A DNA stretch of 36,769 nt from a virus (lineage: Duplodnaviria > Caudoviricetes). Shown here piece after piece: positions 18,298-25,994 of the stretch. The stretch covers positions 1 to 36,769 of IMG/VR virus record IMGVR_UViG_3300037851_001075. The stretch is one strand, 5' to 3'. Under the pieces are notes generated by a model, which was given only the letters and a program-made list of their open reading frames with translations, was not told the origin of the DNA and ran no database searches. Numbering within the stretch: position 1 is the first letter of the stretch; the number at the start of each line of letters is the position of its first letter. The translations under genes were made by a program, and so were the position numbers.

Positions 18298-19460
18298 GCG
18301 GCGCGGGGAAAGCGCAGGAAACGCCCGTAATTACAGGCATACGGCGCGAAGCGCCCCGCCGCAAAACGGCAGGAAGACGCAGAAAACGCCGCCGCCGCCG
18401 CACAAAAAGACAGAACAACAGCCCCACGAACGAACGCGGCGCGCCCCCCGCGCGGAAAGATCCGTCTTGTTGTTTCAGGGCGCGAAGCGCCCGCGCGATT
18501 TTTTTCCCCCACGCCCCCTGAACAACAGCCCACAGACACCCACGCAGGACGCAGCAGAAGCCCTTTACAGCCACGATCTCGCCACGCCCCACACCTGACT
18601 ACCCCTGCCCCAATAAAACGCAAGGACAGCCCCTTGCCGCCTGCGGCAGCCATACGCCTGACGCGGCTCTCAACACCGTTTCCCACAATTACAGATACAC
18701 GCAAACCCGAAGGGACGGTCTTTATCAAAAAAAATGAGCGCCTTCCCACTGCTCTTTTTTTTTATGCGCGCCTAAAAACGATATCCGTTTGATCACGAAG
18801 GCATTTTATTGGCAACCGTGATCTTGAAGCCCCGCCGCCCCCCTTATTTCAGCGCGTATGTGCGTGTTCAAGCGTCTGCGACAAGACCGCCGCGAAACTT
18901 GCCGCGCGTGTCCGTGTATGCGATCGGCTTGTTATCCTTTGCTTGCCTTGTGCTTCATCGCTTCGCTTGCTTCCCTGCGGCGCGGCGCGTGCGGCGGGCG
19001 GGCGCGCTGCGGGCGGCAGAAGACGGGCGGCGCGTGTCCGTGTCCGTGTCCGTGAAGGCGGCAGCAGATAAGGGATAAATACAAAGGCGAAAGCAAAAAC
19101 ACGGAAGGAAGGCGGCGCGGGCGCGTAAAGCCGCCCGCTTGCCTTCCCCTTATAACACATAAGGGCTTTTCATACTGTCTTTATGGATCGGCGGGCTTTT
19201 ACTGCGCGGGCGGGCGGCGATCTTTTCGGCGGGCTTCCCTGCTTTCATACGGCGCGGCGCTTCCGCGCCCGCGATCACGGGCGGCGCGGCTTTCAGCGCG
19301 GCGGCTTCCCTTCCCTGATACTTTCACAGCGGGCGGGCGCGGCAGGATCACGGCGCGCGCGATCATACCCGCGCGGGCGCGCGTTTACCTTTTCGGCGGC
19401 GGCGGGCGCTTGCTTTTTTTTTTACTGTCATTATGGCGCGCGCTGCCCTTCCTTTCCGCA

Positions 19461-19478
19461 TGTTAGTTTATACTAACA
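19461..19478. promoter_or_regulatory. Operator-like palindrome TGTTAGT-TTAT-ACTAACA
   Basis: Perfect 7-4-7 inverted repeat, an AT-rich island ~60 bp upstream of the early promoter -35. Confidence 0.5.
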
Positions 19479-19518
19479 AGCAGCGCCGCGCGCGGCTTCC
19501 TTTTCGCGGGCAAGTGTG

Positions 19519-19569
19519 AAAAGATTTTTAAAAATAATACTTGACAAAACAGGCGCGCGCTAGTATAAT
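19519..19569 (+). promoter_or_regulatory. Consensus sigma70 early promoter with AT-rich UP region
   Basis: TTGACA 19541-19546, 17 bp, TATAAT 19564-19569. A/T tract upstream. Confidence 0.9.
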
Positions 19570-19676
19570 TTAAGTAAAGGAAAGGAAAGTAAAGCGGCAG
19601 CAATGAGGCGCGGAAAGGAAGGGCAGGCAGCAGCGCAGCAAGCCGCAAAAAAAAAACGGAAAGGAAGGCGGGCGCG

Positions 19677-19874
19677 ATGACACAACAGCAGCGGGAAGCG
19701 ATCGCGGAAGTTAGGGCGATCAAGCAGGCGATCAGGGAAGCGCAGATTAGGGCAGCAGCAAGGCAGGAAAGCGGCGCGGAACTGCGCGAAACTGAAAGGC
19801 GCTTTATGCGGTTTTACAGGCAGCAGCAGCAGGCAATAAAAGCCGCGTATGATGTTTATTTTGCGGCAGTGTAA
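19677..19874 (+). CDS. Small helical early protein, 65 aa
   Basis: SD GAAAGGAAGG. First sizeable ORF after the early promoter. Confidence 0.65.
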   Translation: MTQQQREAIAEVRAIKQAIREAQIRAAARQESGAELRETERRFMRFYRQQQQAIKAAYDVYFAAV

Positions 19875-19942
19875 ACGGGCGGAAGGCAAAGCAACATATA
19901 GCGGCAAGCAAGCGCCGCAAAAAAACGGAAGGGGTAAAAAAA

Positions 19943-22408
19943 ATGATCAACGAACTTTTCACAGAAAAGGAAGTAAAAGGCAAGGGCGGAAAGGTTTTTA
20001 CTGTAAAGGAAGTTGACAAGGGAAAACAAAAAGAACTTTTCAAAAATTATCTGCTTGAATTACAAGCAGATCCCGCAAAGGCGCGCCGCTTCTTTGAAAA
20101 CATAGCAGCGCAGGGTTTGGCTTTCCATAATTACAGTTTCGGAAACTTGCTTATGGCGCTATTTCAGCGACCTGATTTTGAACTTTTGGCAGGGTTCAAC
20201 CGTTGGAAGGAATTAAACCGCAAGGTTAAGAAGAGCGAAAAGGGCATTGTCATACTTGCGCCCGTGTTTTTTAGCGGCGATATGTTAGAAAAGCGCGCCG
20301 CTGCTATTAAAGCGCAAAAACCCGCCCTTTCATTGGATCAGATCCGCGACAGGTTAAAACATGCGATCGCATATTTTAAAAACGTTTATGTTTTTGACGT
20401 AAAGCAAACAGACGGCGCGCCGCTTGACTATGACACGTTGACAGGACATAACCTTGTTAAAGCAAAGGATCAGGAAAGCGCGCAGGCGCTTTATTCCTTT
20501 CTGCTTGATTTCACACGGGCGGCGGGGTTTGAAGTAAACGACACGGCAACACACGGGAAAACAGGCGGCTATATAACACATGGTAAAAAATATATAGCGA
20601 TTAGCGGCGGGCTTTCCGTAGTGGGTAAAATATCGGTATTACTTCACGAAATAGGACACTACAAGGCAGGACATACGCAGGAAGGCGGCTTGTCTATTAT
20701 TCAGGCGGCAAACCAACAGATCAGGGAAGCGGAAGCGCAGTTAATCAGTTTTATAACTTGCCGCTATTTCAACATAGATAATAAAGACTTTACAGACGTT
20801 TATTTGTCATCTTATCTTGGCGCGATGAACTCGGAAAAAATCTACAATTATTTTAAGTATATTGTAGATCTTGCCATAGAATTGATTAAGGAAGCCGCCG
20901 CGTATAAAAATACAGGCAAGGCTGAAATTAAGGCAGCGGATATATCTAAAATCAGGAAGGCGCGCGGCGATAAAGAAGACGGCGGCGGCGATGATGACGG
21001 CGGCGGGAATGGCGGCAAGCAGCAAGCGCCCGCGCAGGATCAGACAGCGCCCGCAGTGGATCAGGCAGGCAGCGAAGTTAAACAGGAAAAACCCGCCGCG
21101 CCCGTGAAGGCAGGCAGGAAAGGCGGCAGAAAAAAAGCCGCAGATGATCCGCGCGCGGCGATCATTGAAGCCGCAGCAAAGGCGGGCGCGCCGCTGCTTT
21201 TAGGGCGCGGGCTTGAATTGATCCCTCTTGAAGATATTGCCAAAACATACGGGATAGAAAGCCCGCAGTATAAGGCAACGGCGGCAGCCCTTGCCGCGAT
21301 CGAAAAGTTAAACAGGCAGGAAGCGGGCGCGGAAGCGCCCGCCCTTCCCGCCGTTGATCCTGATGAAGTTTCATTTAAAAACTTCATACAGGCAGCGAAG
21401 GCGGGCGGCTGCATAGGCGCGGGATCGCTTGACTATTTGAAAAATATACACATACAAAACAAGCGCGCTTTCTTCATAACGGCAAGCGAAAAGGGCGCGG
21501 CGGTTTTTCCGCAGGAAGTAAACGCAGAAGACGGGATTTATGATATGGGTTTTTATAAACTTGATTACAATGATAACATAGTTGAATTAAAGAATTTTGT
21601 TTTTGATGAAAAACCGCTTGTTAAAGGGGTGATCCCCGCCGCAGAACTTGCGGAAACCCTGCCTTATGCGCTTAAAGACGACAGCAAGCACAATTTAAAC
21701 GGGATATGTATTGACACGGGCAAAGGCGGGTTATATGCAACAGACGGGCATAGGGCGCGCGCTGCTTATGTATCAACGGGAGAAGTTATCAGTGGAAAAA
21801 ACTTCCCGCGCTTTATTATTCCGCTTGATCTGATCACAGCGGCGGCGGCTTGCGGCGCGGGCGATCTTAAATACACCTATACAGACAAGGGCGGGATCAT
21901 AATCAGCGCGCCGCTTGCCACGATATACGGGCGCGCGATAGATGAAACCTTTCCCGAAATTGAAAAGGTAGAATTACAGCCCGCGCCCGCGATCCACGAA
22001 GTAAATTTTAACAAGGCGGCAGCCCTTGCGCAGATTAAGGCAGCGATCAAACAGGCGCGCCCGCTTGCTAACAGGTTTAAAAAGACGGCGCGCCTTGTAG
22101 GCGGCGCGCTTGTCTATGAAAGCAAAGCAGATTTTACAGCCCGCGCGATCCTGATCCCAGCCCTTGAAGGCGTAGACTTAATGCCCTTTAATGCTTTTTA
22201 CTTTCATGAATTCCTTTCCGATCCGATAACGCAGGGCGGGCAAATCGCGGCGGCTTCCTGTATAATCAGATCCTTTAAAGCAGACTATGGGACAGCAGGA
22301 AAGCGCGGCGGGCTTGCCTTCTTAATGTCATTAAGGGACAGGGCGGAAGAAGAAAGGACAGCAGCGCCCGCGATCGAAAAGGCGCGGAAGGCGGCGGCGC
22401 GTGAATAA
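19943..22408 (+). CDS. Polyvalent early protein: ArdC-like N-domain + zincin metallopeptidase (HExxH) + beta-clamp-like domain, 821 aa
   Basis: ArdC-N: YSFGNLL..FQRP..LAGFNRWKELNRKVKKSEKGIVILAP..YVFDVKQTDG. Zincin: LLHEIGH..REAEAQ. DnaN-like: LNGICID..YATDGHR..RAIDETFPEIEKV..FNAFYF..LMSLR. Confidence 0.8.
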   Translation: MINELFTEKEVKGKGGKVFTVKEVDKGKQKELFKNYLLELQADPAKARRFFENIAAQGLAFHNYSFGNLLMALFQRPDFELLAGFNRWKELNRKVKKSEKGIVILAPVFFSGDMLEKRAAAIKAQKPALSLDQIRDRLKHAIAYFKNVYVFDVKQTDGAPLDYDTLTGHNLVKAKDQESAQALYSFLLDFTRAAGFEVNDTATHGKTGGYITHGKKYIAISGGLSVVGKISVLLHEIGHYKAGHTQEGGLSIIQAANQQIREAEAQLISFITCRYFNIDNKDFTDVYLSSYLGAMNSEKIYNYFKYIVDLAIELIKEAAAYKNTGKAEIKAADISKIRKARGDKEDGGGDDDGGGNGGKQQAPAQDQTAPAVDQAGSEVKQEKPAAPVKAGRKGGRKKAADDPRAAIIEAAAKAGAPLLLGRGLELIPLEDIAKTYGIESPQYKATAAALAAIEKLNRQEAGAEAPALPAVDPDEVSFKNFIQAAKAGGCIGAGSLDYLKNIHIQNKRAFFITASEKGAAVFPQEVNAEDGIYDMGFYKLDYNDNIVELKNFVFDEKPLVKGVIPAAELAETLPYALKDDSKHNLNGICIDTGKGGLYATDGHRARAAYVSTGEVISGKNFPRFIIPLDLITAAAACGAGDLKYTYTDKGGIIISAPLATIYGRAIDETFPEIEKVELQPAPAIHEVNFNKAAALAQIKAAIKQARPLANRFKKTARLVGGALVYESKADFTARAILIPALEGVDLMPFNAFYFHEFLSDPITQGGQIAAASCIIRSFKADYGTAGKRGGLAFLMSLRDRAEEERTAAPAIEKARKAAARE

Positions 22409-22487
22409 TATATTAAAGGCAGCGGCGGCGATCCTTGCGCTTGCCTTGCTTTCAAGGGCGGCGCTGTTCCTGATTAAGTTGTTATAA
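22401..22487 (+). CDS. 28-aa hydrophobic peptide (MNNILKAAAAILALALLSRAALFLIKLL)
   Basis: GTG start overlapping the previous stop region, GGAAGGCGG upstream, single transmembrane-like helix. Confidence 0.45.
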   Translation: MNNILKAAAAILALALLSRAALFLIKLL

Positions 22488-22499
22488 AAAAACTCACAG

Positions 22500-22534
22500 C
22501 CCGCCGCCCGCCTGATCCGCAGGCGGCGGGCGGG
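22500..22534. terminator. GC-rich hairpin
   Basis: CCCGCCGCCCGCCTG-ATCCG-CAGGCGGCGGGCGGG (imperfect stem), followed by an AT-rich stretch. Confidence 0.5.
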
Positions 22535-22580
22535 ACAGTATTCAAGTATATATATAATATTATAGAAAGGGGGTTATGCT

Positions 22581-22988
22581 ATGACGGAAAAACCTTTTAC
22601 AGACGGAAGCGGGGAAGTTTGGATAGTGCCTTCTCATCTTTTCAAAGTGAAGCGGAACGGAAGCGGCACAAACATTATTGCCGTTAATGGCGAAGTGATC
22701 GCGACAGTTGAAGAAGTGATCTGCGATTACTGCAATATTGAAGTGCCTGATCTGATCGAAGCAGCGGAAGGGATCAACAAGTTTTATCTTCCTGCGCCGC
22801 TTGCCTTGATCAACGGCGGCAGGGAAGCGATCTGTCTTAAATGCTTTAAGAAGTATTACCCGCTTCAATACGAATTACAGCAGGAAGGGATCGAAGATCT
22901 GATCAAGCGCTATAAGGAAGAGATGATCAGGCAAGGGCTTATCGTGATCAAAGACGGGCGGGAAGAACGCAGCACGGGCAAACACTGA
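22581..22988 (+). CDS. Hypothetical Zn-binding protein (CDYC...CLKC), 135 aa
   Basis: SD GAAAGGGGG. Two CxxC pairs. Confidence 0.7.
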   Translation: MTEKPFTDGSGEVWIVPSHLFKVKRNGSGTNIIAVNGEVIATVEEVICDYCNIEVPDLIEAAEGINKFYLPAPLALINGGREAICLKCFKKYYPLQYELQQEGIEDLIKRYKEEMIRQGLIVIKDGREERSTGKH

Positions 22989-23043
22989 TAGCGGCGGGCG
23001 GAAGGGCAGGGCGGCAGGATCGCGCCCGCCCTTCAAGATCCGC

Positions 23044-23094
23044 CGAAACTCCAACGCCGCGCCTTTCAAAAGGCGGGCGAAACTCCAACGCCGA
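23044..23094 (+). repeat. Two direct copies of CGAAACTCCAACGCCG (23044-23059, 23078-23093); a third, inverted copy at 23559-23576
   Basis: Exact sequence matches read directly. Confidence 0.9.
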
Positions 23095-23122
23095 AGATAT
23101 CGGCGGGAAAGGTAGGGTTGCT

Positions 23123-23629
23123 ATGAAAAAAGAAAAGTTTAAAGAGCATTATGAAAAACGGATCAAGGAACTTTACGCGCACAAGCAGAAGGAAGACGGG
23201 ATCAAGAAGGCGCTTCAAGAAAGGATCGACACGCTGCTTTCCTTCATCGAAGTTTACACGGAAGCGCACAAGGCGGGCGATCAGAAGCGGCTTGATCAGG
23301 CAGCCGCGCAAGTGGTAGCCGCAGCGGATCAGGCGCGGCAGGCGCTTGATGATCTCGCGGAACTTGTCAAAAAGATCATTGGCTTTTCGTTCGGGCTTTT
23401 TGTCTTCACTGTCAACAAGGGATATGATCCCGAAATAAGAAACAAAGGACGGGACGGGCTGAAACAGTTGAAGATCGACAAGGAAAAATATCTTGCGGAT
23501 CTTCATTACAAGCGCGCCGTAATAGACAGGGCGAAAAACGCGGCGCTTTCCAAAACTATCGGCGTTGGAGTTTCGCGCGAAGAAGCGCAGAAGGTCAGGG
23601 ATCACGATGAAGAAAAAAAGAACAGTTAA
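23123..23629 (+). CDS. Hypothetical helical protein, 168 aa
   Basis: SD GAAAGGTAGG. Codon style matches its neighbours. Confidence 0.7.
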   Translation: MKKEKFKEHYEKRIKELYAHKQKEDGIKKALQERIDTLLSFIEVYTEAHKAGDQKRLDQAAAQVVAAADQARQALDDLAELVKKIIGFSFGLFVFTVNKGYDPEIRNKGRDGLKQLKIDKEKYLADLHYKRAVIDRAKNAALSKTIGVGVSREEAQKVRDHDEEKKNS

Positions 23630-24059
23630 GAAACAGGCGACACAGAAGCAGCGGCAGGAACGGGAAACCCCCGACAAGTTGACACAAGCGCAGCGCTTTA
23701 TCAAGCACGTTGAACAGTATTTCAGCGCGGCAGGGCAGCCACCTGATGATATCGCGGCGGAAATCTGCGAAGCCCGCGCGCGGTTTAAGGAAGCAAGGGA
23801 AAGCAAGATCGATTTGATCGCAGCATACGAAGAGAAAAGAACAAACTATCAAAAGCGTATGGCGGTAAGATCACTTGCCCGCGCCGCCTGCCGCTTGCAA
23901 ACAGCGCTTTACGATCTCGGAAATCTTGCGCGGGAATACTGCTTAACGCTCGAATACTATTCAACGGCAGCAGTATTTACAAGATACATCAGCGAAGCGG
24001 GGAACTTTATCGGCTCGCTGCTTGAAGACTTACACTGTTTCCGCGACAAAAATACTTGA
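23607..24059 (+). CDS. Hypothetical protein (~150 aa)
   Basis: ATG 23607 after AAGGTCAGGG, preferred to the track's TTG start. Confidence 0.65.
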   Translation: MKKKRTVKKQATQKQRQERETPDKLTQAQRFIKHVEQYFSAAGQPPDDIAAEICEARARFKEARESKIDLIAAYEEKRTNYQKRMAVRSLARAACRLQTALYDLGNLAREYCLTLEYYSTAAVFTRYISEAGNFIGSLLEDLHCFRDKNT

Positions 24060-24084
24060 CAAGGAAAGGATCTTTTGCTATGCT
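24051..24084 (+). promoter_or_regulatory. sigma70 promoter
   Basis: TTGACA 24056-24061, 17 bp, TG-n-TATGCT (24079-24084). Shares AATACTTGACAA with the 19541 promoter. Confidence 0.8.
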
Positions 24085-24117
24085 TTAAACTAACAACGGA
24101 AAGGAAGGGAAAGCAAT

Positions 24118-24294
24118 ATGAAAAAACGAAAACAGTTCGGAAGGTTTCTTCCCCAAAAAAACAAGCAGCGCCCTGTATTTGTGCGGCGCAGGATCGCGCC
24201 TTCGGATCTCGCAGCGTGGATCTTCTTCGCGATCTTTATCCTTTACTTCGGCGGGCATATAATAGTTGCCGTTATTAACGGGCGGCTGCCGTGA
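24118..24294 (+). CDS. 58-aa membrane protein with basic N-terminus, not in the ORF track
   Basis: SD GAAAGGAAGGG. TM segment LAAWIFFAIFILYFGGHIIVAVI. GTGA overlap with the next gene. Confidence 0.7.
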   Translation: MKKRKQFGRFLPQKNKQRPVFVRRRIAPSDLAAWIFFAIFILYFGGHIIVAVINGRLP

Positions 24295-24500
24295 GAAAGT
24301 GTCCTTACTGCGGCAACGAATTACTGCCAACGCACAAGTGGATAGTAATTCCCGATAACAAGCCGCCGAAACATAAGTGTAATCACAGACGCGTTCTTGT
24401 GCCGATCGAAGTTGCCGCGTATGTTGAAACATTAAAAAAACGAAAGGGGAAAGAGATATGCACACAACGGCAAAACTCGCAGAAATCGGAAGGGATATGA
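24291..24500 (+). CDS. Small Zn-ribbon protein (CPYC...HKC)
   Basis: Coupled start and CxxC. Confidence 0.6.
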   Translation: MRKCPYCGNELLPTHKWIVIPDNKPPKHKCNHRRVLVPIEVAAYVETLKKRKGKEICTQRQNSQKSEGI

Positions 24501-24766
24501 TCGCTTCGGATAACAGACTTACAGCCGCGCCCGTGTGGGTATATAAGAAAACTCTTCGCTTCTTCCTTACCGAAAAAGCAGCGAAGGAATACTGCGAAGC
24601 GGAAGGGCTTGATCCTGACAGCGACATTTACGTTGCAAGCGCGCACGATAATCCGCATATCCTTTCGCTTATGGCTGTATGTATTCAGGAAGCAGGACTT
24701 TCAAACCACCCCGCTGCACATAACGCTTACTATAAGGCAGTTAAAATCATACGGGAAGGAGTATAA
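24458..24766 (+). CDS. Hypothetical protein, 102 aa
   Basis: SD GAAAGGGG. DNRLTAAPVW..FFLTEKAAKEY pattern. Confidence 0.7.
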   Translation: MHTTAKLAEIGRDMIASDNRLTAAPVWVYKKTLRFFLTEKAAKEYCEAEGLDPDSDIYVASAHDNPHILSLMAVCIQEAGLSNHPAAHNAYYKAVKIIREGV

Positions 24767-24768
24767 AT

Positions 24769-25047
24769 ATGAGTGGCGAAGTATGCGGAAGTGAAGGCGA
24801 ATATATCCCGCCAACACAGGCGGAACAACAAGCATACGAACAGGGTTTCAAGTGTGCCTTGCGCCTTGTGTATGAAAAATGCGGGAAGATAATTCAGGTT
24901 TCAAATACTATGCTTGAAGGACACAAGCGGCGGGATAATGGGTTTTGGCTTACTCACGGACACAGAAACATCGCGATCGATATCAGACAATTTATCAACA
25001 AAACGGAAGCGGACTATGACAAGCGCTTCTTTAAAAACAGGGGGTAG
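24769..25047 (+). CDS. Hypothetical protein, 92 aa
   Basis: SD AAGGAG. Tight packing. Confidence 0.65.
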   Translation: MSGEVCGSEGEYIPPTQAEQQAYEQGFKCALRLVYEKCGKIIQVSNTMLEGHKRRDNGFWLTHGHRNIAIDIRQFINKTEADYDKRFFKNRG

Positions 25048-25049
25048 GT

Positions 25050-25349
25050 ATGGGCTGTAAATATGCTTGTGTATGCGGGGGCTTCTGTCCTTCCTGCACA
25101 TCAAGGGAAGCGGAAGAATACTTCGGGGAAGCAGAAGATATATCATCGCGGTCGCGCGGCTTTAAAGACTATGACGATGAAATGGAACACCACAGAAAGA
25201 CACAAGAACAGAAGGACAAAGGAAACAAGTGCGAACAATGCAAGGGAAGTGGACAAATAAACGTGAGCGGTTTTGATATTCCGCACGGGAATATACAGGT
25301 CGGGTGTCCGTCTTGCGGCGGCACAGGCATAGATCGGGGGGTAAAATGA
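25050..25349 (+). CDS. Cys-rich protein with DnaJ-type CxxCxGxG zinc finger
   Basis: CEQCKGSG and CPSCGGTG, plus an N-terminal Cys cluster. Confidence 0.7.
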   Translation: MGCKYACVCGGFCPSCTSREAEEYFGEAEDISSRSRGFKDYDDEMEHHRKTQEQKDKGNKCEQCKGSGQINVSGFDIPHGNIQVGCPSCGGTGIDRGVK

Positions 25350-25774
25350 TTAACGAAGCGCTTTTTAGCAGGAAGTCTGATGAGTGGGCTACGCCGCAGG
25401 ACTTATTCGATCGTCTTAACAACACATATCTCTTTACGCTTGATCCGTGTGCCACAAAAGACAATGCAAAGTGCAGCGCCTACTATACGGCGACAGATGA
25501 CGGATTAAAAAGACATTGGACGGGAAGCGTATTTGTAAACCCCCCATATTCGCAGATAAAAAAATGGGTTAAAAAGGCGGCGGAAGAAGCATTGAATTGT
25601 GATATTATTGTAATGCTTATCCCTGCAAGAACGGACACATCATATTTTCACGATTACATATATAAAAAAGACAACGTTCAAATAGAGTTTTTGCGCGGAC
25701 GGCTTCGTTTTGGCAAATCAAAAAACAGCGCGCCTTTCCCGTCTATGCTTGTTTACTTTAAGGGGGCAAAATGA
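25346..25774 (+). CDS. Phage DNA N6-adenine methyltransferase (T1 Dam-like family)
   Basis: DEWATP, FTLDPCA, DDGL, FVNPPYS, MLIPARTDT, FLRGRLRF, SAPFPS. ATG at 25346. Confidence 0.92.
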   Translation: MINEALFSRKSDEWATPQDLFDRLNNTYLFTLDPCATKDNAKCSAYYTATDDGLKRHWTGSVFVNPPYSQIKKWVKKAAEEALNCDIIVMLIPARTDTSYFHDYIYKKDNVQIEFLRGRLRFGKSKNSAPFPSMLVYFKGAK

Positions 25775-25908
25775 AGCACATTTTTCCGTATGTCTTGGCA
25801 ACGTTTGATATATTTGCTTTTGTTTTCTACGTAATAAATAAAGATTATTGGCGCGCTGCCTATTGGTTTAGCGCTGCTGTCCTTACTTTTTCCACCACTA
25901 AAATGTAA
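25771..25908 (+). CDS. 45-aa two-helix membrane protein, not in the ORF track
   Basis: MKHIFPYVLATFDIFAFVFY...YWFSAAVLTF. SD AAGGGGG. Confidence 0.65.
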   Translation: MKHIFPYVLATFDIFAFVFYVINKDYWRAAYWFSAAVLTFSTTKM

Positions 25909-25994
25909 AGGAAAAAACGCGTGAGGCGTAAAGGTTGAATTTAAAAAAGACCTGAAAGAATAAAAATAATTATAGAGAAAGAGAAGGTGAAAAA

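Noticed and set aside
18131-19476. ORFs of 65-159 aa in the divergence region
   Set aside because: Arg/Ala/Pro-rich translations of GC-rich, stop-poor DNA. They overlap the DnaA boxes and lack convincing starts.
22540-22570. Possible XerCD dif site for integration or dimer resolution
   Set aside because: AT-rich but lacks a recognisable XerD arm (TTATGTTAAA-like) in the 11-6-11 layout.
23044-23094. Possible mini-CRISPR array (repeats containing GAAAC, Cas4-like gene in the genome)
   Set aside because: Only two 16-bp direct copies with an 18-bp self-complementary spacer, too short for CRISPR. The nuclease fits a phage recombination exonuclease.
25930-25975. Possible promoter before the SSAP-like gene (TTGAAT plus A-rich tract)
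   Set aside because: No good -10 at 16-18 bp spacing.
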